Source of the DNA: an uncultured euryarchaeote
GTDB taxonomy: Archaea; Thermoplasmatota; Poseidoniia; Poseidoniales; Poseidoniaceae
DNA: 64,000 nt
Reading direction: 5' to 3'
Assembly: GCA_937899865.1 (NCBI GenBank)
Contig: CALBRH010000063.1
Span: forward strand, 32,001-96,000
The position numbers and the translations under genes are program-made. The notes beneath the pieces are model-generated. The model searched no databases, was not told the origin of the DNA, and saw only the letters and a program-made list of their open reading frames with translations. How positions within the stretch are numbered: the stretch's first letter is position 1; each line of letters begins with the position of its first letter. Below are positions 28,431-38,270 of this stretch, piece by piece.

Positions 28431-29213
28431 ATGCAGCCAGCTACTGTGTATTCACGTGACAGATGTGTTACAGGTGTTCACGGTCTTGATGAGATACTTA
28501 GAGGTGGAATACCTTACGGTTCGACAGTATTGGCCGCAGGTACTTGTGGTTCTGGAAAAACTACATTGGGAATGGAATTCTTGGTGAGAGGTGCTAATGC
28601 TGGTGAAGCATGTGCGCATTTTACTGCTACAGAACCATCAGTAAAATTGCTAGAAAACATTCGTCAATTTGCATTTTTCGATATGAACATGGTAGATACT
28701 GGATTAATCAACGTATTCGATATGGATGTTCTATATTCTTGGCTAGGTTTGGAAAAATCAACTTTTGATTTAGAAGATGTTCATTCACTAATCAAATCAA
28801 TCGTAGATATTGTAAATACAATTGGAGTAACAAGATTAGTTATTGATTCGGTAACTACATTATGTTACAAAATTAAATCAGAACAGTTGATAAGAGATTT
28901 CCTGTTCACTCTTGGTAAGAAATTAGCCACACTGGGTTGTACTACCATTCTGATTGCAGAGATTACTTCAGCAACTGAAAATGCTCACTGGTCTTCTTTT
29001 GGTGTAGAAGAAGCGATTTGTGATGGTATAATTGTTCTTGGCGATGTTGAAAGAATGGGTCATCTACTTAGGTTCTTGCAAGTGGTTAAGATGCGAGGAA
29101 CTCCTCATAGCAGGGCTAAGCATGCTATCGAATTGACACCTCTTGGTGTGATGCTGACACCTATGCTTAAGTGGGGTGCAATAAGCGATAATGTAAATCG
29201 ATGGGGTAGTTGA
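28431..29213 (+). CDS. KaiC/RAD55-like single-domain RecA-fold ATPase
   Basis: TGVHGLDEILRGGIP, GTCGSGKT Walker A, RLVIDS Walker B, EEAICDGII, LQVVKMRGT. ORF track starts at 28398. Confidence 0.92.
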   Translation: MQPATVYSRDRCVTGVHGLDEILRGGIPYGSTVLAAGTCGSGKTTLGMEFLVRGANAGEACAHFTATEPSVKLLENIRQFAFFDMNMVDTGLINVFDMDVLYSWLGLEKSTFDLEDVHSLIKSIVDIVNTIGVTRLVIDSVTTLCYKIKSEQLIRDFLFTLGKKLATLGCTTILIAEITSATENAHWSSFGVEEAICDGIIVLGDVERMGHLLRFLQVVKMRGTPHSRAKHAIELTPLGVMLTPMLKWGAISDNVNRWGS

Positions 29214-29214
29214 G

Positions 29215-29799
29215 ATGTTTGAATTAGACCAAGGAATTGCAGATCAGTTAACCGAGGTTTCACTAAACAGTTCAGTTCAAGTTAGGTGTGGCAACTCAAA
29301 TTCATTTATGGTTACCGCAAGCACCTTGATTCCTCTATTACAAATGTTTGAGATGAAAGGAGTTTACATATCGGCTAGTCGTGGTGCTGCTGAGATAATT
29401 CAAGCATTCGAATCGGTAGGTATTGATGTTTCACAGATTCAATTCATTGACTTAGTCTCATCAGGAATTCTTGGTGGCACTAATGTCCCATATTCTAACG
29501 TACATTTTGTAGATAGTCCCATTATGCTTGAGTCGATATTACTTCGAACATTGTATATTTTGCAGACCAACCAATCAGAAAGAAATTTTGTCTTTGTAGA
29601 TAGCGTGAATGCACTAGCGATTTACAATGACGATAGGATGCTTGCTGAATATCTGCACACTTTCATCAATACATTTAGACAACAGGAGGTTCTATCTGTT
29701 ATTCTCAATGTACCAGACCAAACTCCGCCACTAGTCTTATCAAACTTAGATTTGTATTGTACCGATTTGGTTGACAGAGGTCAAGTAGTAATTCATTGA
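29215..29799 (+). CDS. Inactivated KaiC/RecA-fold protein
   Basis: GVYISASR, IQFIDLVS, FVFVDSVNALAIYND pattern; no Walker A. Confidence 0.65.
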   Translation: MFELDQGIADQLTEVSLNSSVQVRCGNSNSFMVTASTLIPLLQMFEMKGVYISASRGAAEIIQAFESVGIDVSQIQFIDLVSSGILGGTNVPYSNVHFVDSPIMLESILLRTLYILQTNQSERNFVFVDSVNALAIYNDDRMLAEYLHTFINTFRQQEVLSVILNVPDQTPPLVLSNLDLYCTDLVDRGQVVIH

Positions 29800-30614
29800 T
29801 GGGTGATTATATGTCTAAAGAGATTCAATTTGACTCAGAAGATGAGGAGTTTTTCGGCTCAGTTGGATCATTTGGTGTTCCCAAGTTTGACAATGAAATG
29901 AGAGGAGGAGTGCCTCGTGGTTTCACAATGATTGCGTTTACAGAAACAGGTTCAGGTAGTGAGTTGTTTGCCAAGCAATTTGTATCTCCTGCCGAAGAGG
30001 CTGAAAATACCATTTACATCTCAACTAACGAAGGTCAGGCAGAAATAGTTCGGATTTTTCAGAAATATGACTGGCCACTGGATATCAATGTACGTACAAT
30101 AGGAGAAGAGTATAATTCTAACGTTTTGGAAAAAGAGTTACTTGCTAGCAGGTATCGTTTGGAAGGTTTCCGTTTGGAGGATATTCAAAGGTTAGCTCAA
30201 ACAAGATTTGTTGAAGAAAATAACCAAGATTATCTTACTGAGGTAACCAATGAAGTCATGGCGCTTGGACCCTACTTTAGAGCAGTTGTTGACAGTCTCG
30301 ATTTCTTTTTGCAAAGAGACGATCCTACAAGAGTAGTTGCTATGGTTAGAATGCTTCAAGCACATGCACAAATGTATCGAGGGTTGCTGTTTATTACTGT
30401 CTCAACCGATGGTCTTTCTCTAAGCATAAAACAAGAATTATCCTCTATTGCCGATATGGTATTGTCGTTTCAAGTTAGAACGATAGGTAGCGATTTCGAA
30501 ACTTCAATGATGGTTTCAAAGTTTAGAAACGCACCTGAAAATTTGAAAATCTTGGTATTCAGAGTTACTCCGGAGGAAGGAATAACACCAGAAACCGTCG
30601 AGCGTATTGCTTGA
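29796..30614 (+). CDS. KaiC/RAD55-like protein with degenerate Walker A
   Basis: GVPKFDNEMRGGVPRG, TETGSGSE (no Lys), RAVVDSLD, SSIADMVL, VSKFRN. Confidence 0.8.
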   Translation: MMGDYMSKEIQFDSEDEEFFGSVGSFGVPKFDNEMRGGVPRGFTMIAFTETGSGSELFAKQFVSPAEEAENTIYISTNEGQAEIVRIFQKYDWPLDINVRTIGEEYNSNVLEKELLASRYRLEGFRLEDIQRLAQTRFVEENNQDYLTEVTNEVMALGPYFRAVVDSLDFFLQRDDPTRVVAMVRMLQAHAQMYRGLLFITVSTDGLSLSIKQELSSIADMVLSFQVRTIGSDFETSMMVSKFRNAPENLKILVFRVTPEEGITPETVERIA

Positions 30615-30658
30615 CAGTCAAACGATATGTCCAAAGAGGACGGGCTTGAGGATAGAAC

Positions 30659-31405
30659 ATGGCAGGTCGCAGTGCAACAGGCGGTTATGATCCGTCTGGA
30701 ATTGATTTGCATGAATGGGAAATTCTAGAATCACAATTGGAAGAATCTATTCCAAATTATGACCGTGTTAATCGGTTGATGACTTTTGGTCAAGACTCTG
30801 TTTGGCGCAAAAATGTCCGCAATCATGCCAAAGCAGGTATGAAAGTATTAGAAGTTGGATGCGGACCTGGGTCCTTTGCCGAAGATATCGAGAATGTGGA
30901 TTTGACTTGTTTAGATCCATCTGAAGAAATGCTCAAAGTTGCAAGAAAAAGAGTCGAAGCAGCTCGTAAATCAAGAGGAGAAGAGCCGGCTGAATATGTT
31001 CAAGCAATAGCGGAATCGATACCTTTGCCTGACAATACCTTTGATAGAGTATTTTGTTTGTTTTCATTTAGGGATTTTCAAGACAAAGAAAAAGGGTTAC
31101 AGGAAATCTTACGAGTCTTGAAACCAGGCGGGCAATTGGTAATTTGTGATGCAGGTAAGGCCAATTGGTTACATGGATTGGCTGGTAGGATTTGGATGTC
31201 AACTGTGGTTCAATTGATGGCTAGGTATGTGACAAAGAAAAAAGACCATCCTTGGAAAGGATTAGCGAAAACATACTCACACTATGGCACTAATGGATAT
31301 TATAGAAAATTGCTAAGAAATGTTGGCTTTGAAAGAGTGCAAGGAAGGCTGTTAATGCCCTTCGGCATGTCTAGCAGATTTAGGGGATGGAAGCCTAAAA
31401 ATTAA
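30659..31405 (+). CDS. Class I SAM-dependent methyltransferase, UbiE/MenG-like
   Basis: YDRVNRLMTFGQDSVWR, VLEVGCGPG, LPDNTFD, LRVLKPGG. Confidence 0.8.
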   Translation: MAGRSATGGYDPSGIDLHEWEILESQLEESIPNYDRVNRLMTFGQDSVWRKNVRNHAKAGMKVLEVGCGPGSFAEDIENVDLTCLDPSEEMLKVARKRVEAARKSRGEEPAEYVQAIAESIPLPDNTFDRVFCLFSFRDFQDKEKGLQEILRVLKPGGQLVICDAGKANWLHGLAGRIWMSTVVQLMARYVTKKKDHPWKGLAKTYSHYGTNGYYRKLLRNVGFERVQGRLLMPFGMSSRFRGWKPKN

Positions 31406-31504
31406 TTAGAAATTTAGAATTCTCAAAAAATAATATCGATTTTAAAATCATTACACTCATAAACCCCCTTTAGTTGGAGTTTTTTGTAGGTGATGGCAGT
31501 GGCA

Positions 31505-31816
31505 ATGTCAGATGTCTTAAGAAAAATCAAACAAACAGAAAGAGAGGCGGCCCGTCAACTGTCTGATGCTAAAGATGAAGCATCTAAAATCGTTACAGAT
31601 GCACGTAAAAAATCAGCAGAATTGCTATCCAAGGCATCCGAAGAATCAGTTTCTAATACTCAGGCAACTTTGGATTCTGCAAGAGAAGAGGCATCTAAAT
31701 CAGCAGATAAAGTGCTCAAAGAAGGTTCAAAAACAGTAGATTCAATAAGTGCTACGGCAAATAAAAATGAATCAAAAGCGGTAGATCATATCCTCAAAAC
31801 GATGTCTTCATTGTAG
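31505..31816 (+). CDS. atpH: A-type ATP synthase subunit H (peripheral stalk)
   Basis: Charged helical protein (KIKQTEREA...); first gene of the operon; GGTGA SD before ATG 31505 (track starts at 31490). Confidence 0.8.
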   Translation: MSDVLRKIKQTEREAARQLSDAKDEASKIVTDARKKSAELLSKASEESVSNTQATLDSAREEASKSADKVLKEGSKTVDSISATANKNESKAVDHILKTMSSL

Positions 31817-31826
31817 GTGTTAATCA

Positions 31827-34175
31827 ATGTTTGAAACTGCTGAAATGTCCAGACTTACTGTGGCATCTCCAGTTGATAAATTAGAGGAAGTAATTCGAAT
31901 CTGCGCAGATTTAGGATGTGTACATATTGAAGAATATGGCAACTTCGAAGACGGAATAGGAGTCGGGCAATCAATTTCTTCCGATGAATCAGCCAAGACC
32001 AGTCAATTGTTAACCAAAGCTCGTGCTCTTCAATCTGAAATTAGTGCGATTAATACGGATGGTCCAAAATCTCTTGCTGAAGTGAAGAAGTTAGTAGATT
32101 CTATGGCTTCAAAGATCGATGACGCTTTAGCAAATATCGATGAGGTTAGAGATTCAGAGTCTGAGATCTCCAATCTTAATGAAAGAGTAAAAGCGCTTGA
32201 AAGAGTAGCTCCTCTTGGCATACCATTGGACTTAATGGCCGGTTTTGAGGGTTTAGAATTATTTATTGCTGAGACATCTAAGGCTTCTAAAGCATATTCA
32301 GAATTTTCCGACATTTTGTCCAACATTGAACTTCAGGTGGCAAAGGGAGTTATTGCTGTTGCTTGCAGGCCATCAGATAGCGCTGCTATTCAAATCGGAT
32401 TAAGTGCACTAGGTGCAAAACCAATTCAAATTCCATCTGGTGAAGGTTCTGCTGAAACAATGATCGCAGAGGCCAAATCAAATATTGAATCTCTTGAATC
32501 AAGTATTGACTCATCAAATAAAGCAATCAATCAATGGAGCAAGGAATACGGAAGAGATTTAGTGATACTTCTTGAACATCTAGAAAGGGAAGAATCAATT
32601 TACACTGCCCCAACACTTTTTGCAGTTAGTAACAAAGCATTTGTTCTGGATGGATGGGTGCCGAGTTCAGATAAAAGCAAAGTGGAAAGTGCACTTGGAA
32701 AAGTCGCATCACATATTTCTATAGAACAGCATGTTGACGACCACCATCATCATGATGACCATGATGATTCAAGCCATGTAAAAGAAGTTCCAGAAGAACT
32801 TCAAATGCTTTCAGACTATCTTGAAATGAAGAATATTACTGTATTCGAATTTTTCAAGAGCATGGACTTAGATGAGTCTGGTGAACTGGAATTTGCAGAG
32901 ATTGAGGCAGCGATGAAAAAAGCAGACATCCCTGATATGCCGCCGCTAAATATGGCTAGATTTTTAGCCGCTATCGATTTGAATCGAGACGGGAAAATAA
33001 ACCTCCCAGAGCTTGATTTAGCGATTGGTGCAATCCGTAATGGATCTTATACTACAGCGGAACACCATGATGACGCACAACCCCCAATCAAATTTGAAAA
33101 TGGAGAATTTTCAGAACCATTCGAACTGTTAGTAGATTTAGTTGGAAGGCCGAAATATGGAACCTTTGATCCGACACTATTGATGACTTTTACATTCCCA
33201 ATATTCTACGGTATGATTCTAGGAGACTGGGGTTACGGTCTAGTTCTATGTGCTATTGCAGCATACTTTGGAAGTAAACCATTCGCAGTAGATCCACTGG
33301 CTCAAAATGGACTTACAATTTTGAGATGGATGGGGATTTGGTGTATAATATGGGGGCTAATATTCGCAGAAGGTTTTGGTTTCGTTTGGGACGATACGGG
33401 TCAAATGGGCAATTCTTCACCATTCGATTTCATCTATGATTGGACCTATGCTAATATTCATGTTCCAGGTACATTAGCAGACTTACTAGCAATGGGAGGA
33501 TTACACGTGCCTTTCCATAGAGCAACTCCTGGAGGCGGCCTTCAAGAGTATGTAGTGTTATCAGTTTATGTTGGAATATTACATATTTTTGTTGGACTAT
33601 TTATCGGATTATACACCGTCTGGAAGGCACATGGTGCAGCAGCAGCATTCTTCGAAAAAGGCTCATGGTTACTGATTATGACTGGCGGTACAATGCAAGC
33701 AAGAAACATGGTTATGGGATTCAATGAATTATTTGAATTCCAAATTTGGACACTATTGATTGCTGTTGGATTGGTTTCTCTTGTTATTGGATTGGCAGTC
33801 TACGAGAAGTTTGGATGGGTTGGAGGCCTTGTAATGGGTCCAATTGAAATATTTGGCCTATTGGCAAATACTCTCTCATATCTAAGAATAATGGGCGTAG
33901 GTGTTGCAGGCGTTAAAATCGCAGAGATCTCTATCAATATGGGTTGGGAAAAAATCGGTCCAGCAATGGACGCAGGCGATATTTTCGGCTTAATTCTAGG
34001 AATCGTACTATTCGTATTGGTGCAACTTTTCGCTATTGCATTAGGTATTTTATCACCATCTATTCACGCCATCCGTCTACACTTTGTAGAATGGATGGGT
34101 AAATTCTACGACGGAAGTGGCAAGGCATTTGCCCCACTTGGCGGTCGAACCCTTCACGTGGAGGGTAAATCATAG
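31827..34175 (+). CDS. atpI: A-type ATP synthase subunit I (a), with His-rich tract and EF-hand pair insertion
   Basis: DGWVP, PKYGTFDPT, FYGMILGDWGYG, ANTLSYLRIMGVG, IHAIRLHFVEWMGKFY.GSG. Confidence 0.95.
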   Translation: MFETAEMSRLTVASPVDKLEEVIRICADLGCVHIEEYGNFEDGIGVGQSISSDESAKTSQLLTKARALQSEISAINTDGPKSLAEVKKLVDSMASKIDDALANIDEVRDSESEISNLNERVKALERVAPLGIPLDLMAGFEGLELFIAETSKASKAYSEFSDILSNIELQVAKGVIAVACRPSDSAAIQIGLSALGAKPIQIPSGEGSAETMIAEAKSNIESLESSIDSSNKAINQWSKEYGRDLVILLEHLEREESIYTAPTLFAVSNKAFVLDGWVPSSDKSKVESALGKVASHISIEQHVDDHHHHDDHDDSSHVKEVPEELQMLSDYLEMKNITVFEFFKSMDLDESGELEFAEIEAAMKKADIPDMPPLNMARFLAAIDLNRDGKINLPELDLAIGAIRNGSYTTAEHHDDAQPPIKFENGEFSEPFELLVDLVGRPKYGTFDPTLLMTFTFPIFYGMILGDWGYGLVLCAIAAYFGSKPFAVDPLAQNGLTILRWMGIWCIIWGLIFAEGFGFVWDDTGQMGNSSPFDFIYDWTYANIHVPGTLADLLAMGGLHVPFHRATPGGGLQEYVVLSVYVGILHIFVGLFIGLYTVWKAHGAAAAFFEKGSWLLIMTGGTMQARNMVMGFNELFEFQIWTLLIAVGLVSLVIGLAVYEKFGWVGGLVMGPIEIFGLLANTLSYLRIMGVGVAGVKIAEISINMGWEKIGPAMDAGDIFGLILGIVLFVLVQLFAIALGILSPSIHAIRLHFVEWMGKFYDGSGKAFAPLGGRTLHVEGKS

Positions 34176-34206
34176 TCCATCGGACACAAAAAAGGAGGTA
34201 GCAAAA

Positions 34207-34527
34207 ATGAACAAGAATACCCTGAAAATGAGCCTAAGAACACTGATCGTCTTGCTGGCATTGACCCTTGTAGCACAAGGTGTCGCCGCACAAGATGCTG
34301 CAGAAGACAGTGGAGAAGATACGAACGTAGGAAACATCGGTAACATCGGTGTTGGTATTGCGCTAGGATTAGCCGGACTAGGTGCTGGTTACTCACAAGC
34401 TGCAATTGGAAGTGCTGCGGTCGGCATGCTTGCCGAAGACGGCAGCAAGTTCGGTTACGCACTGATCTTCACAGCTCTGCCAGAATCTATCGTTATCTTG
34501 GGCGCATTGCCATTGTTCCTACAGTGA
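34207..34527 (+). CDS. atpK: A-type ATP synthase subunit K (c/proteolipid), single hairpin with N-terminal leader
   Basis: AGGAGG SD; GLAGLGAGYSQAAIG...FTALPESIVI with the ion-binding Glu. Track starts at 34117. Confidence 0.93.
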   Translation: MNKNTLKMSLRTLIVLLALTLVAQGVAAQDAAEDSGEDTNVGNIGNIGVGIALGLAGLGAGYSQAAIGSAAVGMLAEDGSKFGYALIFTALPESIVILGALPLFLQ

Positions 34528-34579
34528 ACATTGACCTTTGACAGTCATTTTGACTGTTGGAGTAAATGGAGGAATAAAG

Positions 34580-35143
34580 ATGACGCTCGAAACATTGGCC
34601 AAAGATATTGCAGCATCTGCTGAAGCAGATGTGAAAGCAATCATTGATGAAGCCAAGGCTGAAGCAAAGCAAATTATTGATGAAGCAAAAGACAAAGCTT
34701 CGAGTATCACTGATGAAGCTAAGTTGCGTGCAGATCGTGAAGTCTCTCAGATATCTAGAGAAGTCGTTGCAAGTGCTAGACAAGCTAATCAAAAGGCGAT
34801 ATTAATTGCCAAGAGAGAGGCGATGGATAGAACTCATGCAGCGGTTAAAGAGCAACTTGCAGACCCTGGATTCAAAGGACGCGCAAGCATGCTAAAATCA
34901 CTAATGTCAAAAGCAAATAAATTAGCATCATCAGATTTTATTATTAGACCTGTTGAAGTTGATAAGAAGGCACTTAGCGATCTTAAAGGAAAGCGAAAGG
35001 TCGGAGAATCAGTTGACGGCCTTGGAGGATTTATTCTTGAAGCCGCTGATGGTTCAGTCTCTTTCGACATGAGATTTGATACTCTACTTGATACCGCTTG
35101 GGCACAGTCATTGTCTGAAGTAAATAGCATATTATTTGAATGA
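34580..35143 (+). CDS. atpE: A-type ATP synthase subunit E
   Basis: MTLETLAKDI, helical N-terminus, LGGFILEAADGSVSFDMRFDTLL; GGAGG SD. Confidence 0.92.
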   Translation: MTLETLAKDIAASAEADVKAIIDEAKAEAKQIIDEAKDKASSITDEAKLRADREVSQISREVVASARQANQKAILIAKREAMDRTHAAVKEQLADPGFKGRASMLKSLMSKANKLASSDFIIRPVEVDKKALSDLKGKRKVGESVDGLGGFILEAADGSVSFDMRFDTLLDTAWAQSLSEVNSILFE

Positions 35144-35153
35144 GGTGAAAAAT

Positions 35154-36188
35154 TTGGTTGGAAATACTGCATATGTTGCTTCGAGAGCAAAATCTCGAAG
35201 AAAGAAACTTGCAGATTTGGCGCGAATGCGCCAATTGATTAACCAATCAACTGATCAATTGACCGCTTCGGTTAGTAACATGGGTTACGCCGATGAGGTC
35301 AATCTCTATGCAGGTAAACTGTCCGGCGCTGATTTAGTTGAGGCTGCATTAACACATAACTTAGAGGCAGAATTATCTAATATCCTCAAAATGTGTAATG
35401 GCAAAATCAAGGATATTGTTGAAATTTACACATCTCGCTTTGAATATCAAAATGCAAAGGTGGTTCTTCGTTCCGTTATGAATGAAGTATCTTTGGAGAA
35501 AGTATCTAATTCAATTTTACCAGATCTTAATGAAATCAACACACCATGGCTAAAGATTATTGAAACATCCGATGATATTCGCTCAGCAGCTCTACAAATG
35601 CGCAGGAAACCATTCGGTTCTGATTTGAATGCATTACCTGAAGATTCTAAGCTTTCGGATTATGAAGATGCTCTTGATAGGCATTATTTCAAATCGGCTC
35701 TTAAAACATTGAAAGCCAATAATCCCGCTACGCGATATTTGAAAGATTATTTGTCTTTAGAAATAGACCATCGCAATATTATGAACATCCTTGAATCTGA
35801 TTCGATTGGAATTTCTTCTGAAGAAATATCTCAATTGTTGATTCCAGGTGGTAAGATATTGCCTACTAGGTCTTTTTCTACGATTGCTGCTGGAGGCAGG
35901 TCAGCAATGATGGATATTCTTAGAACATCATCTAAGTTTGATATGGCACATTTTGAAGAATTATTGCAAGAAGTGGCCAATTCAAGAAGCCTAGATTCAG
36001 TAGTTACTTGGTTTAAGGAAAGGGAATATAAGTTCATGAAGAAAATGAGTTATCTCCATCCCATTTCTGCTTTACCGATAGTATACTATGTTGCGATGAA
36101 GGTTCAAGAAGTTGCTGATTTGAGAATAATAGTTAGAGGAAGATTTGCTGGCTTAGCGCCAGAAGTGCTCGAAGCACACATATTATGA
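35154..36188 (+). CDS. atpC: A-type ATP synthase subunit C
   Basis: YVASRAKSRR, ADLVEAAL, FEYQNAKVVLR, EIDHRNI, EVADLRIIVRG; GAGGTGA SD suggests TTG 35154 (track starts at 35136). Confidence 0.92.
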   Translation: MVGNTAYVASRAKSRRKKLADLARMRQLINQSTDQLTASVSNMGYADEVNLYAGKLSGADLVEAALTHNLEAELSNILKMCNGKIKDIVEIYTSRFEYQNAKVVLRSVMNEVSLEKVSNSILPDLNEINTPWLKIIETSDDIRSAALQMRRKPFGSDLNALPEDSKLSDYEDALDRHYFKSALKTLKANNPATRYLKDYLSLEIDHRNIMNILESDSIGISSEEISQLLIPGGKILPTRSFSTIAAGGRSAMMDILRTSSKFDMAHFEELLQEVANSRSLDSVVTWFKEREYKFMKKMSYLHPISALPIVYYVAMKVQEVADLRIIVRGRFAGLAPEVLEAHIL

Positions 36189-36197
36189 GGTGATTAA

Positions 36198-36497
36198 ATG
36201 GAGTTAGCTGTATTAGGTTCTCAAGAGTTTACACTCGGATTCCAATTAGCAGGGATCTCAAATATCTTTAATCCAGAAAATGATGAAGAAACATCATCCC
36301 AATTAAAATCACTACTAAATTCAAAAGAGGTTGGAATTATTGTTATCGACTCTTCAATAATTTCAACCTTGCCAGAAAGATTGAGAGATCAACTTTCTGC
36401 ATCTGTAACCCCTACAGTACTAGGAATTGGTACTGAAGAGGATACAACTTTGCGTGATACAATACGCAAGGCAATAGGAGTCGACTTATGGAAATGA
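36198..36497 (+). CDS. atpF: A-type ATP synthase subunit F
   Basis: [18 protein letters not shown]...[11 protein letters not shown]. Confidence 0.95.
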   Translation: MELAVLGSQEFTLGFQLAGISNIFNPENDEETSSQLKSLLNSKEVGIIVIDSSIISTLPERLRDQLSASVTPTVLGIGTEEDTTLRDTIRKAIGVDLWK

Positions 36498-36519
36498 ATT
36501 CCAATTAGGAGGAAAAAAT

Positions 36520-38259
36520 ATGAGCAATGAAGGAGTAATATACCGAATATCCGGTCCGGTTGTAACCGCTACTGGAATGAACGCAGCTATGTATGACGTT
36601 GTAAGAGTAGGCCATGAAGGTCTTATGGGTGAAGTAATCGAACTTCACGGCGAAAAAGCGGTCATACAGGTTTACGAAGATACCTCTGGTATTAGACCAG
36701 GTGAACCAGTATTGAATACAGAAGAGACACTTTCTGTATCTTTGGGTCCCGGTCTGTTAACCCAGATTTATGATGGAATCCAAAGGCCATTAGCGACTCT
36801 CGAGGAGGTCATGGGTGTGTTTATTACAAGAGGTGTAGACGCCGATGCTTTCGATTTAGAGAAGAAATGGACCTTTGAGGCAGTCGTAGGAAAGGGTGAT
36901 GAATTAGCAAGTGGCCAAGTTATTGGTCATGTCCAAGAAACTGAAACTATTGTCCACAAAATCATGGTTCCTCCTGGAAAGAGTGGCAAAGTGAAGAGTA
37001 TCAAATCTGGTGATTTCAACGTAACTCAAACAGTTTGTACCCTCGATGATGGTACTGAACTTCAAATGATGCAGAAGTGGCCTGTAAGGTCTCCAAGACC
37101 TTATCGACAAAAATATGCCCCAGATACACCTCTAGTTACTGGAATGAGAATTCTCGATTTCCTCTTCCCACTTGCAAAAGGTGGTGCAGCAGGTATTCCT
37201 GGTCCATTCGGTTCAGGAAAGACAGTAACTCAACAATCACTAGCAAAATACTCCGATGCACAACTTGTAGTTTACATCGGTTGTGGTGAGCGTGGTAATG
37301 AAATGACAGAGGTTTTGGACGAATTCCCACATCTAATCGATCCTAACACAGGTAAGCCTTTGATGAACAGAACTGTGATGATTGCTAACACTTCAAACAT
37401 GCCTGTAGCTGCCCGTGAGGCTTCTGTATACACAGGAATTACAATTGCTGAGTATTTTAGAGATATGGGGTACGATGTCGCACTAATGGCTGATTCAACA
37501 TCAAGATGGGCTGAAGCAATGCGTGAGATTTCATCACGTCTTGAAGAGATGCCTGGTGAAGAAGGATATCCTGCTTATCTATCATCTAGAATTGCAGAAT
37601 TTTACGAACGTGCAGGACGTGTTGAAACTCTAAACGGAGATGACGGTTCAGTTACTGTTATTGGTGCTGTATCCCCACCTGGTGGAGATATTTCGGAACC
37701 GGTTTCACAAGGAACTCTAAGAATTGTCAAGGTTTTCTGGGGTCTAGATGCTGGTTTGGCTAGACAAAGACACTTCCCAGCGATTAACTGGCTCAATTCA
37801 TACTCGCTATATCCACAAAGTTTAGATCAGTGGTTTAGAGATAATATTGCTCAAGATTTCCCTGAAATTAGAACTCAAGTCAGTGGTCTATTACAAATTG
37901 AATCGGAGTTGCAAGAAATTGTTCAACTTGTAGGTTCTGACGCCCTTCCTGTCGACCAACAACTAACTCTTGAGGTTGCTAGAATGATTAGAGAATTCTT
38001 CTTACAACAGAATGGTTTCCATGAAGTTGATGCTTATTGTGATATAAACTTGCAATATAAAATGGCAAAGGCTATCCTTTCTTTCCAAGAATCAGCCAAG
38101 TCAGCAATGGCTTCAGGTGCACAACTGAACGATGTTGTGAATGTACAATCAAGAACCGATCTGATGAGAGGTAGATTTGAGAAAGGCTATGTCGATGATA
38201 TCGATGATATGGTCAAGAAAATGACCGCTGAAATAGCGGGTACCGTGGAGGGTAACTAG
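36520..38259 (+). CDS. atpA: A-type ATP synthase catalytic subunit A (no intein)
   Basis: [42 protein letters not shown]. Confidence 0.98.
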   Translation: MSNEGVIYRISGPVVTATGMNAAMYDVVRVGHEGLMGEVIELHGEKAVIQVYEDTSGIRPGEPVLNTEETLSVSLGPGLLTQIYDGIQRPLATLEEVMGVFITRGVDADAFDLEKKWTFEAVVGKGDELASGQVIGHVQETETIVHKIMVPPGKSGKVKSIKSGDFNVTQTVCTLDDGTELQMMQKWPVRSPRPYRQKYAPDTPLVTGMRILDFLFPLAKGGAAGIPGPFGSGKTVTQQSLAKYSDAQLVVYIGCGERGNEMTEVLDEFPHLIDPNTGKPLMNRTVMIANTSNMPVAAREASVYTGITIAEYFRDMGYDVALMADSTSRWAEAMREISSRLEEMPGEEGYPAYLSSRIAEFYERAGRVETLNGDDGSVTVIGAVSPPGGDISEPVSQGTLRIVKVFWGLDAGLARQRHFPAINWLNSYSLYPQSLDQWFRDNIAQDFPEIRTQVSGLLQIESELQEIVQLVGSDALPVDQQLTLEVARMIREFFLQQNGFHEVDAYCDINLQYKMAKAILSFQESAKSAMASGAQLNDVVNVQSRTDLMRGRFEKGYVDDIDDMVKKMTAEIAGTVEGN

Positions 38260-38270
38260 GAGGGATAATC

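Noticed and set aside
28431-30614. Bona fide cyanobacterial-type circadian clock
   Set aside because: Single-domain proteins, no KaiA/KaiB and no recognisable ST phosphosite; kept only as KaiC-like signalling.
34117-34206. Longer AtpK start overlapping atpI
   Set aside because: A strong AGGAGG SD supports ATG 34207; the upstream extension is an ORF-caller artefact.
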